Source: Candidatus Bathyarchaeota archaeon
GTDB taxonomy: Archaea > Thermoproteota > Bathyarchaeia > TCS64
Direction of reading: 5' to 3'
Assembly: GCA_026014515.1 (NCBI GenBank)
Contig: JAOZIG010000314.1
Span: 1-40,569 of the forward strand
DNA length: 40,569 nucleotides
Below the pieces are notes generated by a model. The model was not told the DNA's origin and searched no databases. It saw only the letters and a list, made by a program, of their open reading frames with translations. Shown here in pieces: positions 37,153 to 40,569 of the stretch. A program made the position numbers and the translations under genes. Each line of letters starts with the position of its first letter. Position 1 is the stretch's first letter.

Positions 37153-38313
37153 ATGTCATATGAAGTAATGGTAGGAAACAAGGCAGCAGCAACAGCGTGC
37201 AAGCTAGCACGTGTTCAGGTTGCCAGCGCATTCCCAATCACACCCCAGACAACCATCACACAGTATCTCAGCGAGATGCATGCAAACGCAGAGTGGGACT
37301 TCGACTTCGTTAACGTTGAAGGAGAGCTAAGCAGCCAAGTAGTGGTTCAGGGTGCAAGCCGTGTAGGTGCAAGAACATTCACCTGTACAAGCGGCCCTGG
37401 ATTGCTCTACATGCATCACCCGATGCAGACCACAGGAAGCTCAAGGCTACCAGTTGTCATGGCAGTAGTCCACAGGGGCTACAAGGGCATGCAGCCCGAC
37501 CACAGCGACCTCATGAGCCAGCAATGGACAGGATGGGGCCACATCTACGTCGAGCACGCACAGGAAGTCCTAGACAGCCTCCTAATGGCATACAAGGTCG
37601 CAGAGGACCCAAGGATTAGAATCCCAATCGCAGTCGGTTACGACGGATACGTTCTAAGCTACACTGCAGAGCCAGTAGAGATTCCAGAGCAGTCATTGGT
37701 CGATGAATGGCTACCACCAAACAAGCCAATGCCAAGCATTCTACCTGATGAGGTTGACCCCGAAACATTCTCACGAGGATGGGGCGGAGGAGACCCACAG
37801 ATGCCATGGAAGATACACCATGAGGCAATCCTCAAGATCGAGGACGTACTCAAGGAGACAATGGACAGCTTCGAGAAGACATTTGGTCGCCGCTATGGTA
37901 ACGGAATGATCGAGCCCTACATGATGGAGGACGCAGATTGCGCCATCATCGCAATGGGTACAATCGCCGGTACAGCAAAGGCAGCAGTCGAGAAGATGCA
38001 GAACGAGGGCAAGAAAGTCGGCCTAATCAAGCTAAGGAGCTACATACCATTCCCAGAGAACGATCTCAAGGAGTGGGCGAAGAAGCTAGACGGAATCGCA
38101 GTTGTCGACAGATCAATCTGTCCAGGCAAGGGTGGTCCAGTCTATGGTAAGCTCAAGAGCGTACTCTACGAGTTGGAAGACAAGCCTAAGATGCTACAGT
38201 TCCACGCAGGACTTGGCGGTAAAGAAGTAAGGACTCACGACTTCGAGATGATCGGAGACAAACTCCTGAAGGCCGTCAAAGGCGAGACAGTTGACCCAGT
38301 AACATGGGTTTAA
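37153..38313 (+). CDS. 2-oxoacid:ferredoxin oxidoreductase alpha subunit
   Basis: FPITPQT, GARTFTCTSGPGL, DHSD, DGYVLS, GLGG. Confidence 0.93.
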   Translation: MSYEVMVGNKAAATACKLARVQVASAFPITPQTTITQYLSEMHANAEWDFDFVNVEGELSSQVVVQGASRVGARTFTCTSGPGLLYMHHPMQTTGSSRLPVVMAVVHRGYKGMQPDHSDLMSQQWTGWGHIYVEHAQEVLDSLLMAYKVAEDPRIRIPIAVGYDGYVLSYTAEPVEIPEQSLVDEWLPPNKPMPSILPDEVDPETFSRGWGGGDPQMPWKIHHEAILKIEDVLKETMDSFEKTFGRRYGNGMIEPYMMEDADCAIIAMGTIAGTAKAAVEKMQNEGKKVGLIKLRSYIPFPENDLKEWAKKLDGIAVVDRSICPGKGGPVYGKLKSVLYELEDKPKMLQFHAGLGGKEVRTHDFEMIGDKLLKAVKGETVDPVTWV

Positions 38314-38338
38314 GAGGAGCGGAAAGGAGAAAAACACA

Positions 38339-39232
38339 ATGAGTGAAAGAATCACAAGGGCACAAATCCCAATGAGCGAGATGACCATCACCCCAGGCAG
38401 CGCATGCCAGGGTTGTGGCGCAGCTCTAGCTGCAAGACTCGCCTTCAAGGCACTTGGTCCAAACGTTATCAGACACACAATTCCATGTTGTCCAGACAGC
38501 GTTACCAAGACACCAAGATCAGGCGGAGTCTTTGAGGGCGGAGGCGCTCTACTCACAGGAACTGCACACGGACTAGCAGCCATCGGCAGGTCAGATGTTA
38601 AGGCAGTCGCCTTCTTCGGAGACGGCGGTACCTACGACATCGGCTTCCAGGGTCTATCTGGCGCAGCTGAGAGGAACGAAAACGTCTTTGTCATCACAAA
38701 GGACAACGAGGCCTACATGAACACGGGAAACCAGAGAAGCGGTTCAACTCCAAAATACTCAAGGACATCAACCACTCCGGTTGGTGTTGCGAGCCGGGGT
38801 AAGACCACTCACAAGAAGAACATCCCGTTCATCTTTGCAGCTCACTATGTCCCCTATGTAGCCACCGCAAGCGTTGGTTACCCAGAGGACTTGATCGCCA
38901 AGGTAAACTATGCCAAGGAGATCGAGGGCTTCAAGATGCTGATCATTCAGGCACCTTGTCCAGTCGGATGGAGATTTGATCCAGCAAAAACCATTGACAT
39001 CGCCAGATCAGGCGTCCAGACAGGTGTTTGGCCACTGATGGAGATCGAGTATGGTGAAACGTTCAAGCTGAACTACAAACCAAAGGAGCTCAAGCCAGTC
39101 ACAGAGTACCTGAAGCCACAGGCAAGATTCAGGCACATGACTGATGACGAGGTTAACGAGATCCAAGAGTTCACAACTGGACGCTGGGAGAGCCTCCTCA
39201 AGTCTGACGAGAGCGGTAAGATTATCATTTAA
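38339..39232 (+). CDS. 2-oxoacid:ferredoxin oxidoreductase beta subunit
   Basis: ACQGCG, GDGGTYDIGFQ (TPP motif), DNEAYMNTG.QRS..TP, PCPVGW. Confidence 0.93.
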   Translation: MSERITRAQIPMSEMTITPGSACQGCGAALAARLAFKALGPNVIRHTIPCCPDSVTKTPRSGGVFEGGGALLTGTAHGLAAIGRSDVKAVAFFGDGGTYDIGFQGLSGAAERNENVFVITKDNEAYMNTGNQRSGSTPKYSRTSTTPVGVASRGKTTHKKNIPFIFAAHYVPYVATASVGYPEDLIAKVNYAKEIEGFKMLIIQAPCPVGWRFDPAKTIDIARSGVQTGVWPLMEIEYGETFKLNYKPKELKPVTEYLKPQARFRHMTDDEVNEIQEFTTGRWESLLKSDESGKIII

Positions 39233-39308
39233 TCCCCCCCCCTTTTCTTTACACATTTTTAGACAAGTTTTAAATCAACAAGTTTGCCCCATCAGACGTT
39301 GATATGCC

Positions 39309-40475
39309 ATGGGCCTCCGTAGCGTTTTGAAGAAACCCGGTATTATTTTCGGTGGGTTTCTGGGCTTGGCGACCCTGAGCATCATGAATACCGCGTATAC
39401 CAACGTCTTAGATGATATCAAGAACGAGTTGGTGCTCAACTATACTTGGGCTGGAGCCTTGATGTCCGGGTATTTCGTTGGATATACCCTTGGTCAGATA
39501 CCTTGGGGTATAATCTCTGACCGCTATGGTAGTAGACGAGCCATGACCCTCAGCGTTCTCGGTGTAAGCCTATCGACGCTTCTCTTCGGATACAGCAGTA
39601 ATATCCAGATAGCTGTCGCCTTCAGGTTCCTCTCTGGTCTTCTCGGTGCGGGTATCTTTGTACCAAGCGTGAAACTAGTATCCAGTTGGTTTGACTCAGA
39701 GGAACGGGGAACCGCACTCGGGTTATTGAATATCGGTGGTAGTACAGGTAATATTGCTGCTTCTTGGGCTGTTCCCCTACTGAGTGCTTCAATGAGTTGG
39801 CGAGGTAGCTTGAAGCTAATGGGTGTATTCGGCGTCTGCTCGGCAATGATCTCTTTTTACTTCTTGAAGGATCGTGATGGGGTCTCCGCTAGAAGAATGA
39901 ACCTCAATGACATTCCATACAAGGTGCCTAGTTTCTGGTACATGAGCTTCGTACAGTTCATCAGATTAGGATCATATTACACGTTCATCGCTTGGATGCC
40001 ACTAGTCCTCAAAGAAGAATACGGCTTGAGCATCGTAGCTACCAGCGGAGCCATATCCTTGTTAAATCTAGCTGGTATAGTCTCAAACCCGGTTGGTGGT
40101 ATTGTGGCTGATCGTTTAGGCGAGAAACGTGTATTGATGGCAGGGTTCTTTTCCCTAAGCTTGTTCATTCTACTGTTTACTTTCGGCATCGGAAGCCCGG
40201 TTCTATATGGGTTAGTGTTTCTTTTGGGGTGGTTTATCAACTTCACACGCAGCCCCGCCTTCAGTATCATACCCGGGCTATTCGGAGCCGAGACCGCTGG
40301 CAGCGTATCAGGCATCAACAACACCTTCGCATCCTTTGGCGCCCTCGTACTACCCTTTGTGTTAGGCTATGTGCGTGATGTAACCAATAGTTACACTGTT
40401 GGTTGGTATAGTGTAGCGGGTTTAGCGTTGGTTGCCTCAGTGTTGATGTATTTCGTCGCTGATCCTGATTCTTGA
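39309..40475 (+). CDS. MFS transporter
   Basis: GIISDRYGSRR and GIVADRLGEKR motif A, WF...ERGTALG, about 12 TM helices. Confidence 0.92.
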   Translation: MGLRSVLKKPGIIFGGFLGLATLSIMNTAYTNVLDDIKNELVLNYTWAGALMSGYFVGYTLGQIPWGIISDRYGSRRAMTLSVLGVSLSTLLFGYSSNIQIAVAFRFLSGLLGAGIFVPSVKLVSSWFDSEERGTALGLLNIGGSTGNIAASWAVPLLSASMSWRGSLKLMGVFGVCSAMISFYFLKDRDGVSARRMNLNDIPYKVPSFWYMSFVQFIRLGSYYTFIAWMPLVLKEEYGLSIVATSGAISLLNLAGIVSNPVGGIVADRLGEKRVLMAGFFSLSLFILLFTFGIGSPVLYGLVFLLGWFINFTRSPAFSIIPGLFGAETAGSVSGINNTFASFGALVLPFVLGYVRDVTNSYTVGWYSVAGLALVASVLMYFVADPDS

Positions 40476-40519
40476 GAATCCTTAATATTTGTATCTTCAT
40501 TTGGCTACTTGGTGAAAAC

Positions 40520-40569
40520 ATGCCCTACTGTCCCAAATGCGGTAATGAGGTAAGTGAACAAGACGACTA
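40520..40569 (+). CDS. Zinc-ribbon domain protein, N-terminus only (runs off window)
   Basis: GGTGA RBS then MPYCPKCGNEVSEQDD. Confidence 0.75.
   Translation, partial: MPYCPKCGNEVSEQDD

Overview
Ordinary-looking archaeal chromosomal segment with no integrase, transposase, CRISPR or defence genes seen. PolD large subunit, Sec61beta, Alba, multi-OB RPA, Taw1 and TATA-type promoters mark it as archaeal. Gene content resembles Bathyarchaeia, but that is inference. It carries the 3' end of polC (DP2), two CCA-encoding tRNAs (Pro-CGG, Gly-TCC), a complete pstSCAB-phoU locus with a divergent AbrB-PhoU regulator, trpS, an M32 carboxypeptidase, two orphan LivH-like permeases, a MoxR/VWA pair and a 2-oxoacid:ferredoxin oxidoreductase operon. 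The most interesting signals are non-coding: (1) a ~70-bp dispersed intergenic repeat in three copies; (2) a Trp-containing leader peptide with alternative hairpins in front of trpS; (3) a duplicated promoter with a 20-bp palindromic operator before both LivH-like genes; (4) a 370-bp repeat- and palindrome-rich AT-rich gap; (5) candidate Pho boxes. Unusual proteins include a Pelota-like protein lacking its N-domain, a class II HMG-CoA reductase that ends before the catalytic-His flap, and a MoxR ATPase with a QE Walker B. All product calls come from motif recognition by eye; no database searches were run.
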